The position numbers and the translations under genes were made by a program. From assembly GCA_016432625.1 (NCBI GenBank), contig CP066697.1, positions 151,113 through 215,112 on the forward strand: a stretch of 64,000 nucleotides of DNA. Direction: 5' to 3'. The stretch's first letter is position 1; every line of letters starts with the position of its first letter. The notes beneath the pieces are model-generated. The model saw nothing but the letters and a program-made list of their open reading frames with translations. It was not told the DNA's origin and did no database searches. Shown piece by piece: positions 1 through 9,427 of this stretch. The DNA is from Candidatus Berkelbacteria bacterium (GTDB lineage Bacteria; Patescibacteriota; UBA1384; 2-12-FULL-50-11).

Positions 1-118
1 GTTCTTGGTAAAAATTTTCGTCTTTTGCAGCGCGTAAAGTTACGAGCTCACTTGCGAGCTGTTCGCCAACGGCAATGCCAATAGCTTTGCGTCCGATATC
101 AAGCCCGAGATACTTCAT
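1..118 (-). CDS. ruvX: Putative Holliday-junction resolvase-like / pre-16S rRNA nuclease RuvX (YqgF) N-terminal fragment; the gene runs off the window start
   Basis: Reverse-strand translation from the ATG at 116-118 gives MKYLGLDIGRKAIGIAVGEQLASELVTL, the typical YqgF/RuvX N-terminal motif (LGLDxGxKxIGxAxxD). Only ~39 aa lie in the window. Confidence 0.55.
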   Translation of the reverse strand, partial: MKYLGLDIGRKAIGIAVGEQLASELVTLRAAKDENFYQE

Positions 119-119
119 C

Positions 120-1880
120 TCAAGGAACCGGCGTCGGCACTACTGCTGGGGCGGTAACACTTTCGTTAAAACCATACTCAACGCTGATCGCTTGCTTTAG
201 GATCGGTAAGCGCTGTATCCACCAGCTTGGTGACATTGATATTTTTACTTCGCTTGCCTCGTAGTTATCTTTAAGAGCTGCTTCGGCGGCGCTGCTGGTT
301 TTGTGGCGAATCGATGAGGAGATATCATTCTTACTGATGTCGGCCACGCCGTACCCTCCACCGGCAATCTCGAAGCTTAAGACCGTTTTGTCTTCGGAAT
401 AACTTTTGAAAGCAATGGCCGGCTCCGATCCCTCAGGGACTTCCAGCCTCTTGCCTTCCTCTACTTGAGCCTCAAGAGCTTCTTTGAGTTTGGCTTTGGC
501 TACCTCTTTGTCGAAAACAATCGCCGAGAGCTCAGCGACCAATTTAGCGGTGGCGGTGTCAGTCTGATCATCCACTTTCTTGTCGACGGAGCGTTCTTTG
601 ATGTTTTGGTTGATCGCTCCATCAAGCAAAGTTTGACCCGCGGCCTTTGTGGTTAGCTCAGCTTTAGCTTCGTCTAAGGCCTGCTTCTCTAGCTCGGCGT
701 AGGCTTTATCAACGTCCTCTTTGGTCAGAACGGTTACCTGTTTGGTCGTGCCGCCCGATGTTGAACCAGTGCCGCTGATGCGGCTCGATAGCCCGTTAAC
801 TGCGAAGCTGACGTTCGCTAGGTTATAACCCTCGCCTGCTTCGCTGGCGGTGATTGCGATATTGACTGAAGATGAATTACAAACACTGCCGCCGCCAGAA
901 AACGACCCGGCTGGAATTGTTGCGGCGCTATTTGTGGTGAAGGTTTTACCTGAGGCCGTGACTTTGCTGCCAGCGGCGACGGCATGGGCGTTACTATCCT
1001 CACAGTTTTTGAAAGGAACTGTCCCCGTTGCTTTCGTGCCAATATCTTTTTTGCCAGTGGCTGTCACAGCTTTTGTTAGTGATTTTTCCGCGACCAGTAG
1101 ATTGCCGACAACACTTGTCGCTTCACTGTCAGCTACCGTCTTAGCGTTAAGTGTTAGGGTTTGAGCTACGGCTTTAGCTGGTAACGTTACCGTTACTGTT
1201 GCTTTCGGTAATAAAACATAGGTGATGCCAAAGGCCAAAATGAGTAGAATTCCAGCAGCAATCAATGACTTCCACGGCATTTGAAAATTGAATTCACGTC
1301 GCGCGGTCGGAGTACGGCTAATTATCGCTGGCAGTTCTTCGGCAGGCGCTCTATCTTGGGGGATAATTTGAACCGGCTCGCTGGGGGTTATCTCTTGGAC
1401 GGTCTCTTCCTTCTCGACTGCAACTGGTTCAGGTGCTGGTTGCGGTGGTTCAGCCTCGATAGCTTCTTCTATAGGTGCTTCAACGGGCTGTTCTGGCGCC
1501 TCTGTTTTTTCACCGCCAATGACTGTCGGTGGAACGTAGCGATGAATCGGTGTGCCGTCAGGCAGCGCCTCGTCCTTAGTAGTGGCCGGCTGAACAGTTG
1601 GCGAGGAGGGTTTTGGTACTTCCCGAACAGTTCCCAAGCTAGCGTAAGCTTCTATCCCGACTTGGGCGGCTAGACGCTGGCCAACTTTATTACCGGTAAT
1701 AATAACCACTTCTTTATTAGATTCTTTTGCTTGTTTGGCGAGGAGTTTTAAGTTAACCAAGCTTTGGAAGAGGGTGCTGTTTTTTGGTACCACAATACCA
1801 ATCTTGCCTCCACCAGCTTTAGTGAGTTTATCAATGACGGAAGTAATCTCTTCGTCTGGTTCTAAGTAGACTGGTTCCAT
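120..1880 (-). CDS. Bitopic membrane protein of unknown function, immediately downstream of the ftsA-like gene: ~200-aa cytoplasmic N-domain, one TM helix, Ser/Thr/Gly/Ala-rich extracytoplasmic region
   Basis: 586-aa ORF. The hydrophobic segment WKSLIAAGILLILAFGITYVLL lies mid-protein with a Pro/Glu-rich linker before it. No FtsZ GGGTGTG motif. Positioned between ftsA-like and ruvX. Confidence 0.5.
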   Translation of the reverse strand: MEPVYLEPDEEITSVIDKLTKAGGGKIGIVVPKNSTLFQSLVNLKLLAKQAKESNKEVVIITGNKVGQRLAAQVGIEAYASLGTVREVPKPSSPTVQPATTKDEALPDGTPIHRYVPPTVIGGEKTEAPEQPVEAPIEEAIEAEPPQPAPEPVAVEKEETVQEITPSEPVQIIPQDRAPAEELPAIISRTPTARREFNFQMPWKSLIAAGILLILAFGITYVLLPKATVTVTLPAKAVAQTLTLNAKTVADSEATSVVGNLLVAEKSLTKAVTATGKKDIGTKATGTVPFKNCEDSNAHAVAAGSKVTASGKTFTTNSAATIPAGSFSGGGSVCNSSSVNIAITASEAGEGYNLANVSFAVNGLSSRISGTGSTSGGTTKQVTVLTKEDVDKAYAELEKQALDEAKAELTTKAAGQTLLDGAINQNIKERSVDKKVDDQTDTATAKLVAELSAIVFDKEVAKAKLKEALEAQVEEGKRLEVPEGSEPAIAFKSYSEDKTVLSFEIAGGGYGVADISKNDISSSIRHKTSSAAEAALKDNYEASEVKISMSPSWWIQRLPILKQAISVEYGFNESVTAPAVVPTPVP

Positions 1881-1925
1881 GTTATTTCGACTCCCCAGAA
1901 GGAGAAATGTGAGTGGTTATGACGA

Positions 1926-3173
1926 TCATTGTTTCAACCCCGTTATTGCTTTGCGCATCATTGACTCTAAAACCGTTCCTGATCCGACCAGATCGAGGCC
2001 AACGTTGCCCAAGGCGAGCGGGGTAACGTCAGCGGGGTCGGTTAAGGACTGGGTCTCATCCTTCATTGTAACAACGTCGCCAGGTTTTAAGAACTGAACA
2101 TCGGGCTGTCTGGCAAATGGCAGGCCCTTGACCCAACCTTTGTCGAGCAGTGCCGTACGCACTTCTGGCAGATTACTCCCGCCGCCGCAGAGTAAGATTT
2201 TCGATGGCAGCAGGTCGGCTTGATCGAATTCTTCTAAAGAAAGTTGTAAGGCGGATATCCAAACCTTGATGTCGTTGCCGAGGGCGTGCTTAACGAGCTC
2301 GGCCTTCTCTGGCTCTAGTTCGTTACGGGAGTACCTTAATTTTGACTCTTCGGCCGCAGGGAATGTCTCGCCCAAAACCGCCGCCACCCTCTTGGTAAAC
2401 GCCCGGCCACCGATGGCAAACATTTTCGTTCCTTCAACGCCGCCGTTTCGTACGACGGCGATATCTGTCGTGCCGCCGCCGATATCAATAAAAATCGCCG
2501 CGAAATCCGTCGACTCTTCATCAAGGCAGCGTGCCACAGCGTACGGCTCAGCCGCGACCGCCAGAAGCTCTAAACCTAGCTCGCGCACGATCGTCTCCAG
2601 CGCCCCAAGCTGTACGATCGGGGCGAATGAGTTATAGACCCCGACTGAAAGCTCCTTACCTTGATAAGAGAGGGGGTTAGAAACCTTATAACCGTCTATC
2701 ACGACTGAAACTATCGCCGCGTTCACTAATTGAACGTCTATTTCTTCCAGGCCAGTCTCTCGGGCAAGCTCGGCACGGGCTTGGCGGAAGGCCTCGGCTT
2801 GGACTTGGTTAACGATGTCTTGCAGCTCGGTCATGGCAATCTGTGAAGCGGGATTAGCCCGGGTTACTTTAACGGAAGTGGTCGTGCCTTTTACTAGTTC
2901 GCCGGCGATACCAACGATCGCCTTTGTTGGCAGGTATTTGGCTTGAGTTGCTGCTTGCTCGATGGCTTTCTCGCAGTTTTGGGCTACACCGTGGATGTCG
3001 GTGACGCCGCCGCCTTGCATGTCGCTTAGGCGCTGCCGTTCGCGGCCAACGCCACGCACTATGCCAACACCGTCGACAACCTCAAAGACGATGGCTTTAA
3101 CAAATTCCGTGCCGATGTCTAAAGAAATTGCCCAATTCGACTGCTGTTTTTTCTTCCCTCCAAAGAGTCCCAT
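1926..3173 (-). CDS. ftsA: Actin-like ATPase cell-division protein FtsA (FtsA/PilM superfamily)
   Basis: 415 aa. N-term ISLDIGTEFVKAIV; GGGVTDIHGVAQNCEKAIEQA; FIDIGGGTTDIAVV; LCGGGSNLP. These match the FtsA phosphate-1, phosphate-2 and adenosine motifs. Confidence 0.7.
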   Translation of the reverse strand: MGLFGGKKKQQSNWAISLDIGTEFVKAIVFEVVDGVGIVRGVGRERQRLSDMQGGGVTDIHGVAQNCEKAIEQAATQAKYLPTKAIVGIAGELVKGTTTSVKVTRANPASQIAMTELQDIVNQVQAEAFRQARAELARETGLEEIDVQLVNAAIVSVVIDGYKVSNPLSYQGKELSVGVYNSFAPIVQLGALETIVRELGLELLAVAAEPYAVARCLDEESTDFAAIFIDIGGGTTDIAVVRNGGVEGTKMFAIGGRAFTKRVAAVLGETFPAAEESKLRYSRNELEPEKAELVKHALGNDIKVWISALQLSLEEFDQADLLPSKILLCGGGSNLPEVRTALLDKGWVKGLPFARQPDVQFLKPGDVVTMKDETQSLTDPADVTPLALGNVGLDLVGSGTVLESMMRKAITGLKQ

Positions 3174-3234
3174 CTAGTCACAAGCTTACCGCCGTACACC
3201 AGATAACGCAACGAGTTGTATCGGTGATTGGAAG

Positions 3235-3744
3235 GTGTATCTTTTGGCTATGGACGAGACTGAGCCACAACCGGGTGACGAAACGTCACCGCCCGAGGAA
3301 TGGCGCGAACCGAGCAACCTTGAAATTGCAGAAGGCGGTCAAGAACAAAGCGCCGAACGTGTTACTCTCGAGGAGCTTTTCCCCCGCTTTGGTTTTGTTG
3401 AGACCGAGGCCATGGTCCAAGCCAGGCAAGCAATTGAGATATTAGCCAGCCAGGGTCCTGTCGAAAGGGAGGCGTTCATGGAGAGCTACCTGACGTACGA
3501 TGACCTTGGAACGGCCGAGGTACTAAGCTATCAAGGCTCAAGCGAGATTATGCTCGGTAAATGTCTAGCCGACGTCAGGTTGATGGTACTCGGCGGTTTT
3601 TTCGAACCGGCACTCGAGCAGATCGATGAAACTATCGAAAGACTTGCTGGAACAGATGCCTTAAACTTCCTTGAAGCTTTTCAGCAGGCTCGCGCTTCGA
3701 TTGAGGTGGAAATAATTGCGCGTGCTAATGAAACCGAGCTTTGA
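3235..3744 (+). CDS. Acidic hypothetical protein
   Basis: 169-aa ORF in intergenic space between ftsA-like and alaS. No recognisable motif. Confidence 0.35.
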   Translation: MYLLAMDETEPQPGDETSPPEEWREPSNLEIAEGGQEQSAERVTLEELFPRFGFVETEAMVQARQAIEILASQGPVEREAFMESYLTYDDLGTAEVLSYQGSSEIMLGKCLADVRLMVLGGFFEPALEQIDETIERLAGTDALNFLEAFQQARASIEVEIIARANETEL

Positions 3745-3756
3745 CTGCTGAGGGCT

Positions 3757-5454
3757 TCAACCCGAAGAATTAAGGCACTTCGCTTTTATCCGGCGGACGC
3801 CCTGCGAAGACGCCTCTTCTTTGACAATCTCGAATTTGCCTAACTCGCCTGTTCGTTTGACGTGTGGGCCGCCGCATAATTCCTTAGAAAAATCCCCAAT
3901 TTTGTATACCGTAACTTTATCACCGTATTTCTGACCAAATTCAGCCAGCGCGCCACTCTTTAGCGCCGCCTCTTTATCCATTTCTTCGCAAACTACGCTC
4001 ATGTCAGCTTTAATTTTTTCGTTGACGATCTGCTCAACTTTTTTCAGCTCCTCATCAGTTAATTTTCGGTCGAAAGCAAAGTCTATTCTTAGCCTGTCGC
4101 TGGTTACATTCGAGCCGCGTTGGACGACCGACTCGCCTAAAACTTGGCGCAGGGCAGCGAGCAATAGGTGATGGGCTGTGTGATGTTGGATGGTTTTCTC
4201 CTCATGATCCGCTAGACCCCCTTTGAATTGTTTGTCTAGGCCCGCGCGCGAAACCTCCTGGTGAGCCGAAAATAGCTTGGCGAAATGTTCCGCGTCAACT
4301 TTCCACCCCAAGCTAATCAAATGCTCCAAAACCATTTCTTTGGGGAAGCCGAATGATTCGTACATGTAAAAAGCAAGTTCGGTAATTTTCTTTTCGTCGC
4401 GATCGTCGCTCGAAGCGAGCCATTTATCGAGGTACCCTTTTGCACGGGTCATATTGCTTTCAAACTGGCTTTTCTCTCTGCCAAAAACTTCCATAATTTC
4501 GGTGGCGCTCTTTAACTCGTATGTCTTGCCGTAAAACGTCCGAATTTGATTAACCGCTTCCTGCCATTTTAATTCTGCTGCGATGTTCGAGCCTAAGAAA
4601 ATTGCCTTCCGTATTAAACGGCGCAAGACATACTCGCGACCTTTATTGGCCGGCGTAATATCGGAGGAGACCAAAAAGACGATCGCTCGCAAGTGGTCGA
4701 TAATCACCCGCGCTTCAACCCTTTTGGATGAACCAATACTTTCAACCCAACTTTTAAACGGCTCGATTTCCCAAACGGAATTCTTACCTTGCAGCGTGGC
4801 ACTCAGGCGTTCCAGGCCGCTGCCGGTATCGACGCCAGGCGTGTCGAGTTTGGCGAACTTGCCATCGCGATCGCAGTGATACTCATTGAAGACCAAGTTC
4901 CAGACTTCAACGCCGTCAATATAAATTTCTGTTGTCGGGCCGCAGGGACCCTCGTCGCCAGTTGGGCCCCAGAAATTGTCTTCGCGAGCGGCGCGTCGAA
5001 TATCTTTAACGCCTAGCACCTGCCAGATTCCCTCGGACTCAGTGTCGGCTGGTATCTCTTTGTCCCCACCAAACACGGTCACATAAACTCGGTCTTCGCT
5101 AACGCCGAGCTCGTCACGAACAAAGCGCCAGGCTTCATCTATCGCCACTTTCTTCATGGCCATGGAACTCTTTTCGCCAAAGCGGAAATTGCCCAGCATC
5201 TCGAAACTTGTTAGGTGAGTGTCGTCGCCGACTTCAGCGATATCGCTAGTGCGGATTACAGGCTGAACTGTGGCAACTTGTGGTGCTGGGGCATCGCTCG
5301 GGTGGGTGTAGAACGGCTTGAACTGTTGCATGCCGGCGGTTGTGAAGAGCACTGAAGGGTCGTTCTGCGGCACAAGCGGCGAAGGCGGCACGACGTCGTA
5401 GCCACTTTCCTGAAAATAATCCAAAAATTTTTGCCGTAAGGAAACGAGGTCCAT
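3757..5454 (-). CDS. alaS: Alanine--tRNA ligase, compact form (catalytic plus editing domains, no C-Ala domain)
   Basis: N-term LRQKFLDYFQESGYDVVPPSPLVPQNDPSVLFTTAGMQQFKPFY (class II AlaRS motif). Editing-domain HHTAHHLLLAALRQVLG (HxxxH) and CGGPHV zinc motif. Only 565 aa. Confidence 0.85.
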   Translation of the reverse strand: MDLVSLRQKFLDYFQESGYDVVPPSPLVPQNDPSVLFTTAGMQQFKPFYTHPSDAPAPQVATVQPVIRTSDIAEVGDDTHLTSFEMLGNFRFGEKSSMAMKKVAIDEAWRFVRDELGVSEDRVYVTVFGGDKEIPADTESEGIWQVLGVKDIRRAAREDNFWGPTGDEGPCGPTTEIYIDGVEVWNLVFNEYHCDRDGKFAKLDTPGVDTGSGLERLSATLQGKNSVWEIEPFKSWVESIGSSKRVEARVIIDHLRAIVFLVSSDITPANKGREYVLRRLIRKAIFLGSNIAAELKWQEAVNQIRTFYGKTYELKSATEIMEVFGREKSQFESNMTRAKGYLDKWLASSDDRDEKKITELAFYMYESFGFPKEMVLEHLISLGWKVDAEHFAKLFSAHQEVSRAGLDKQFKGGLADHEEKTIQHHTAHHLLLAALRQVLGESVVQRGSNVTSDRLRIDFAFDRKLTDEELKKVEQIVNEKIKADMSVVCEEMDKEAALKSGALAEFGQKYGDKVTVYKIGDFSKELCGGPHVKRTGELGKFEIVKEEASSQGVRRIKAKCLNSSG

Positions 5455-6170
5455 TAGCGCAAGAGATTTTGCCAGAGGTCTTCAATCGGGGCGACTTGTT
5501 CCTCGATCTGGTCTATCTGCTGAGTGAAGAGGAAGTTCTTCCAAAACTCGTTCAAGTCGAGCGTAAACAACGAGCTGTCGCGACGCGGCTCAACGTTGAA
5601 CTCCCCGGCGGCCTTGCGAGCGCAAAAGTCGCCGTAGATTTTAATATACGCGTCACGCATCGCGAGGATTCGTTTGGCGTACCCGACGGTGCTTTTGATC
5701 GGGCTGCCGGCTTCGTACAGGCGCACTGCGCCGCCGCCGCCGTTGTAAGCGATCAAGACCTTAGTAAGATTGCCGCCGTATTGGTCGATTAATTCTTTTA
5801 AGTGAAAAGTCCCCATTTGAATTGCCAAATCGGGGTTACCGATAAGCTGGTTGGCGTTGAATTTCGCTCCGGCTTCGGCGCCGTTAATTGTGGTATAGAC
5901 GCGCCTGGCGGTGGACGGAATAAACTGCGTCAAGCCAACAGCGCCAGCGCCTGAGCGAGCGTTTGGGTTCCAGGTGCTTTCAGCCATGATTTTGGCCGCC
6001 TCCAAGTGCACATCGACGCCGTATTCCTTGCTCCATTTGCAGAGCGAATCCTCGTACTTTAACGGGTAAGCAACGCTGGCGAAAAGTACCGGCCCGATGA
6101 CGTAAAGAATCACGCCCAAACCAAGTAGGGCTACAACCGACCAAAGCCACCATTTTATTGATCGCGCCAT
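5454..6170 (-). CDS. Lytic transglycosylase (SLT domain), membrane-anchored
   Basis: N-terminal TM helix. SLT catalytic region with AESTWNPNARSGAGAVGLTQFIPSTA (E...S-x-AGA-x-GLMQ-like). Confidence 0.8.
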   Translation of the reverse strand: MARSIKWWLWSVVALLGLGVILYVIGPVLFASVAYPLKYEDSLCKWSKEYGVDVHLEAAKIMAESTWNPNARSGAGAVGLTQFIPSTARRVYTTINGAEAGAKFNANQLIGNPDLAIQMGTFHLKELIDQYGGNLTKVLIAYNGGGGAVRLYEAGSPIKSTVGYAKRILAMRDAYIKIYGDFCARKAAGEFNVEPRRDSSLFTLDLNEFWKNFLFTQQIDQIEEQVAPIEDLWQNLLR

Positions 6171-6218
6171 TACTAGAAGTGTACCTGATGGGTAGTTTCG
6201 CCGCTACCGCGGGACGTT

Positions 6219-6540
6219 TTAGGCTTTTAATAGCGGATAAATATCAAAAGCGACTTCTTCATAGGGGTGAGCTACTTTTAATTTTGCAATTGCTTGAGGC
6301 AGGATTTCCTTATTAAGCTCAACCTCAATTCTCTCCTCCTCAACTTGCTCATAGTTTCCTGCCTTACCTATGGTTGGGCTAGAATCTTTGTTGCCTCTAA
6401 AACGTCCGGTACCCTTAGTGGAGAAAGAGCAAAAATCGTAATTACCAATTTTCCCCGCGCCAGCTTCGCCAAGTGCCTGTCGCACGACGTCAGCGTGACT
6501 TGTTGGCACAAAGACGACTAATTTGACGAACTCATCCATT
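6219..6540 (-). CDS. NIF3 C-terminal-domain-like small protein (DUF34-related)
   Basis: Motifs AGAGKIGNYDFCSFSTKGTGRFR and AHPYEEVAFDIYPL resemble the C-terminal half of Nif3/YqfO proteins. The ORF-track start at 6683 would overlap tRNA-Leu, so the ATG at 6538-6540 (MDEFVKL) abutting the tRNA was chosen. Confidence 0.5.
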
Positions 6541-6541
6541 G

Positions 6542-6625
6542 TGCGCGAGAGAGGACTTGAACCTCCACGGGATTGCTCCCACAGCCACCTCAAGGCTGCG
6601 TGTATACCAGTTTCACCACTCGCGC
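6542..6625 (-). tRNA. tRNA-Leu (anticodon GAG)
   Basis: Hand-folded: acceptor GCGCGAG/CTCGCGC, anticodon arm CAGCC-TTGAGGT-GGCTG, long variable arm, T-arm GGAGG-TTCAAGT-CCTCT, discriminator A. CCA not encoded. Confidence 0.85.
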
Positions 6626-6642
6626 TTGTAAAATACGAACCG

Positions 6643-6725
6643 TGCCGGAGAGAGGAGTTGAACCTCCATGCCCTTGCGGACACTACGATCTGAACGTAGC
6701 GCGTCTACCGTTTCGCCACTCCGGC
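6643..6725 (-). tRNA. tRNA-Leu (anticodon CAG)
   Basis: Acceptor GCCGGAG/CTCCGGC, anticodon arm CTACG-TTCAGAT-CGTAG, long variable arm, T-arm GGAGG-TTCAACT-CCTCT. Confidence 0.85.
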
Positions 6726-6776
6726 GTTCCGAGTAATTTTACCAGAGTTTCTCCTATTTGAGAGGCCTTAGAGGCG

Positions 6777-8090
6777 CTATTTGACGTACCAGTCGGCGAT
6801 TGACCGATAACGGTCTGAAGCGTTTTGGGCGAGCCAGGGCTTCTGAACGGCGATCGTGTCCTCGGCGATAAAACTTACCGACTCCTGCTTCAGAAATTTC
6901 GCAACGCCCTCTCGCTGCAACGCCTCGTGTAACGATTTTATCGCTGCTGTGCGCTCAGCGACATTAGTCAGCTGGCGCAGGGTATCGATTTGAACGTCGA
7001 TACCGTCATTATTGATGCCGGAAAAATTATTGCCCGGCGGTCGGATTTGAGAGGAGTGCCATAAGTAGGTTGGATCCATCTCGGCGCCGTAATCGATTCC
7101 CGTTAGCAAGGCCTGAAACTGCCGGCTCGGCCCGGCCTTGTCTTGGATTTCGTCCAGCGGTTTTAGCTCTAGGGTGACTTGGGCGCCGAGTGCCTGCCAG
7201 CGCTTAACGAGCTCCTCGGCCAGACCCTTATACGGTTCCTGGTCTGCGGCCGTGAGAGTAAATGGCGAATTTGCTACCGTCGATTCGTCAATCAACGCCC
7301 GACGCATCGCCCCGTCACGAAACGGCGACTTGTTAATGTTGAAAATGACGGCGTAATACTTTGACAACTCAAATGATTGCAGGTGATAGCCTTCCGGCAC
7401 TGTTAAGTTTTCGTTCTCGGCGCCGTCTACCTTACCCTTGTCCAGCGCTTGCTGGAGCAACGCTTTGTCGGCGTAGGTGTGGACGATAACTTTGTTCAAG
7501 TAAGGCCGAACCGCCCCCTCGCGCGGATTGCGACTGAAAATCGTTGTCTTGCCGGTCGCTTTATTAAGCTTGTATGGCCCGTAATCAAATAGTGGCTGCG
7601 TCAGCAGTAGGGGAATATTCGGATTGGCCTTAGTCGTTTTGATCGCAATTTCGTCGCCATCGGTCAGTTCTACAGAGGCAGGGCCAAGTAGCTCCAGACT
7701 ATTTTGCAATTCGGTAAGGATTTCGTTCTTACTTACTTCCTTCAAAAGCTTGAAGAAGTACTCGGTTTTTTCTGGATTGACGCGCCAATCTTGGACAAGC
7801 ACGTTTTCCAACTCGCCATCGTTATTAATAGTAAACAACCCAGTTTTTGTCAGACGCGTCGCAATTTGTTGGACGTCACGCTCAGTGCCGACGAGCCCTT
7901 CAACATAACTGCCACCGGCGGTGGCAGTGCCTTGATTCTGGGCAAACTGGCGGTACCAGAAAGTACCGCTAATAACGATCACTACGGCGAGTAGGGCCAG
8001 GATCACTTTTTCGTAATGGCTGATTATCTGCGTCACTCGCGCCGCGTATCGTTTTTGACGCGCAAAGAAATTGTCCATCGAAGATCGCAT
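6777..8090 (-). CDS. Extracellular solute-binding protein family-5-like (peptide/oligosaccharide ABC substrate-binding fold), N-terminal TM anchor
   Basis: 437 aa with an N-terminal hydrophobic anchor and central/C-terminal regions reminiscent of SBP_bac_5. Assignment by general resemblance only. Confidence 0.45.
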   Translation of the reverse strand: MRSSMDNFFARQKRYAARVTQIISHYEKVILALLAVVIVISGTFWYRQFAQNQGTATAGGSYVEGLVGTERDVQQIATRLTKTGLFTINNDGELENVLVQDWRVNPEKTEYFFKLLKEVSKNEILTELQNSLELLGPASVELTDGDEIAIKTTKANPNIPLLLTQPLFDYGPYKLNKATGKTTIFSRNPREGAVRPYLNKVIVHTYADKALLQQALDKGKVDGAENENLTVPEGYHLQSFELSKYYAVIFNINKSPFRDGAMRRALIDESTVANSPFTLTAADQEPYKGLAEELVKRWQALGAQVTLELKPLDEIQDKAGPSRQFQALLTGIDYGAEMDPTYLWHSSQIRPPGNNFSGINNDGIDVQIDTLRQLTNVAERTAAIKSLHEALQREGVAKFLKQESVSFIAEDTIAVQKPWLAQNASDRYRSIADWYVK

Positions 8091-8116
8091 TGATTCCTAC
8101 TAGACTAGGGAGAAAC

Positions 8117-8341
8117 TCATATCGACGGAATGAGCAACTGGGCAATCACTGCCAGGACAAAAACCGTGGCAAAAATTACAGAAGCTCGTAACAGCAATTT
8201 TTCAATACCTCGGCGACTCCGGTACGACATACCTTCTCCGCCAAAGGCCCCACCTAGACCGGTTCCCCGATGTTGCAGCAGTACGGCGATAACTAGCAGA
8301 AGTCCGGCAGCGATTTGGGCGACCTGTAAGAAACTGGTCAT
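8117..8341 (-). CDS. secG: Preprotein translocase subunit SecG
   Basis: 74 aa, two TM helices flanking the Gly-rich loop LLQHRGTGLGGAFGG typical of SecG. Confidence 0.75.
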   Translation of the reverse strand: MTSFLQVAQIAAGLLLVIAVLLQHRGTGLGGAFGGEGMSYRSRRGIEKLLLRASVIFATVFVLAVIAQLLIPSI

Positions 8342-8422
8342 GTACCGGATATCCTAAGGCTTTGCATGTTTGGCGTCAACCCCTTTTACTCTTTAAGCGC
8401 TTCGATTTTCTACGTTGCTCTT

Positions 8423-8494
8423 GAGGCCACGAGGGGATTTGCACCCCTGTAAAACGGTTTTGCAGACCGTTCCCTGACTACTCGGGCACGTGGC
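8423..8494 (-). tRNA. tRNA-Cys (anticodon GCA)
   Basis: Acceptor GGCCACG/CGTGGCC, anticodon arm ACGGT-CTGCAAA-ACCGT, T-arm AGGGG-TGCAAAT-CCCCT (unusual G55), discriminator T. Short D-stem. Confidence 0.65.
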
Positions 8495-8643
8495 CGATTC
8501 CCGGGTATTGTACCTTTTAGCTCGTTAAAAAACGAGGCTATAGTCTGGCATTTTCGCGAGAGGGGGTCTAAACTGTACGGGCGTATTTACGCGGTACCGG
8601 GGATGGATCCCCGCGAACCTCTTATCAATGCTACAGGTGCAAC

Positions 8644-9366
8644 ATGTCGATAGTCTCACAGCAAAAACGATCATCACTCGCCCCCACGGGGGCCACGACC
8701 AGTTCGGCGAATGGGCTAATCAGCCCGGCACTCGCCAATGCCAGTCTCCATACCTTGGAAACGCTCGGCCACAGACGGCTCCTGGAAACCAGGCGCGTCC
8801 AGTTCGATAACGTTATCGAAAGGCTTAAGGGGGACGGCCTGACTATGAGGGAGCTCAGAGAGCTGCTGCAGAACACATGCCGCGACATTCCTGACGGGTT
8901 GATCCTGTCTGGCGAAGAGTCGCTGCGCCATCGTCACGAAGAGTTGGGGGTGACGCTGACCTGCCGATCCGACGGCAGCGTCGATGTCTGCTGGAGCGTG
9001 TACAAGGGGCGATCCGACGTCCTTCGCTTACTGCTCACCAGCGACGATCAAGGCTTGGAGCTCGAGGAGCTCAGGTACAAGCCGGAAGAGTTTCAGATGC
9101 CAGGTCTGACAGCTCCAACTCGCCACTTGGAATGGCTGCTTCCAGTCTACGACTGGATAGCGGCCCACGACGTCAGGGGGAAGGACCACTTGGCCTGGAA
9201 ACAAGTCGAAGCGCTCTATGGGCAGACCATCCCGTTTGTCCGCCTTGACCGCAAACGCCACAAGACCCTCGAGGATCTCGGACGCATGCCGTCGATGTTC
9301 CAGCCATTACGGCAGGAATTCCAGCGGTTGAACGCGCTTGGATCCTTGATCCAGTTCCAAAGCTAG
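8644..9366 (+). CDS. Hypothetical protein (GC-rich ORF lying between tRNA-Cys and tRNA-Gly)
   Basis: 240-aa ORF with high apparent GC relative to neighbours. No recognisable domain. Confidence 0.45.
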   Translation: MSIVSQQKRSSLAPTGATTSSANGLISPALANASLHTLETLGHRRLLETRRVQFDNVIERLKGDGLTMRELRELLQNTCRDIPDGLILSGEESLRHRHEELGVTLTCRSDGSVDVCWSVYKGRSDVLRLLLTSDDQGLELEELRYKPEEFQMPGLTAPTRHLEWLLPVYDWIAAHDVRGKDHLAWKQVEALYGQTIPFVRLDRKRHKTLEDLGRMPSMFQPLRQEFQRLNALGSLIQFQS

Positions 9367-9427
9367 CCCTGTAGCACCCCGCCCAGAAAGCCCGAGACAC
9401 GACGTCCCGGGCTTTCCTCTTTTTCTG

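Noticed and set aside
120-1880. Considered whether the ORF downstream of ftsA is FtsZ
   Set aside because: No tubulin signature (GGGTGTG) or T7 loop. It contains a TM helix and a low-complexity outer domain, which FtsZ does not have.
1926-3173. PilM (type IV pilus) instead of FtsA for the 415-aa actin-like ATPase
   Set aside because: The N-terminal GLFGGKKK is PilM-like, but the internal motifs (GGVTDIHGVAQNCEKAIEQA, FIDIGGGTTDIAV) align better with FtsA and no pilN/pilO follow. Kept as FtsA-like with moderate confidence.
6219-6683. Full 154-aa ORF-track call
   Set aside because: Its first 48 codons overlap tRNA-Leu(GAG) and look non-proteinaceous; it was trimmed to the ATG at 6540.
8495-8640. 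Possible additional tRNA or ncRNA between tRNA-Cys and the 240-aa ORF (CCGGGGATGGATCCCCG hairpin)
   Set aside because: No cloverleaf could be folded. The hairpin has a 6-nt non-canonical loop and no anticodon arm, so it is left unannotated.
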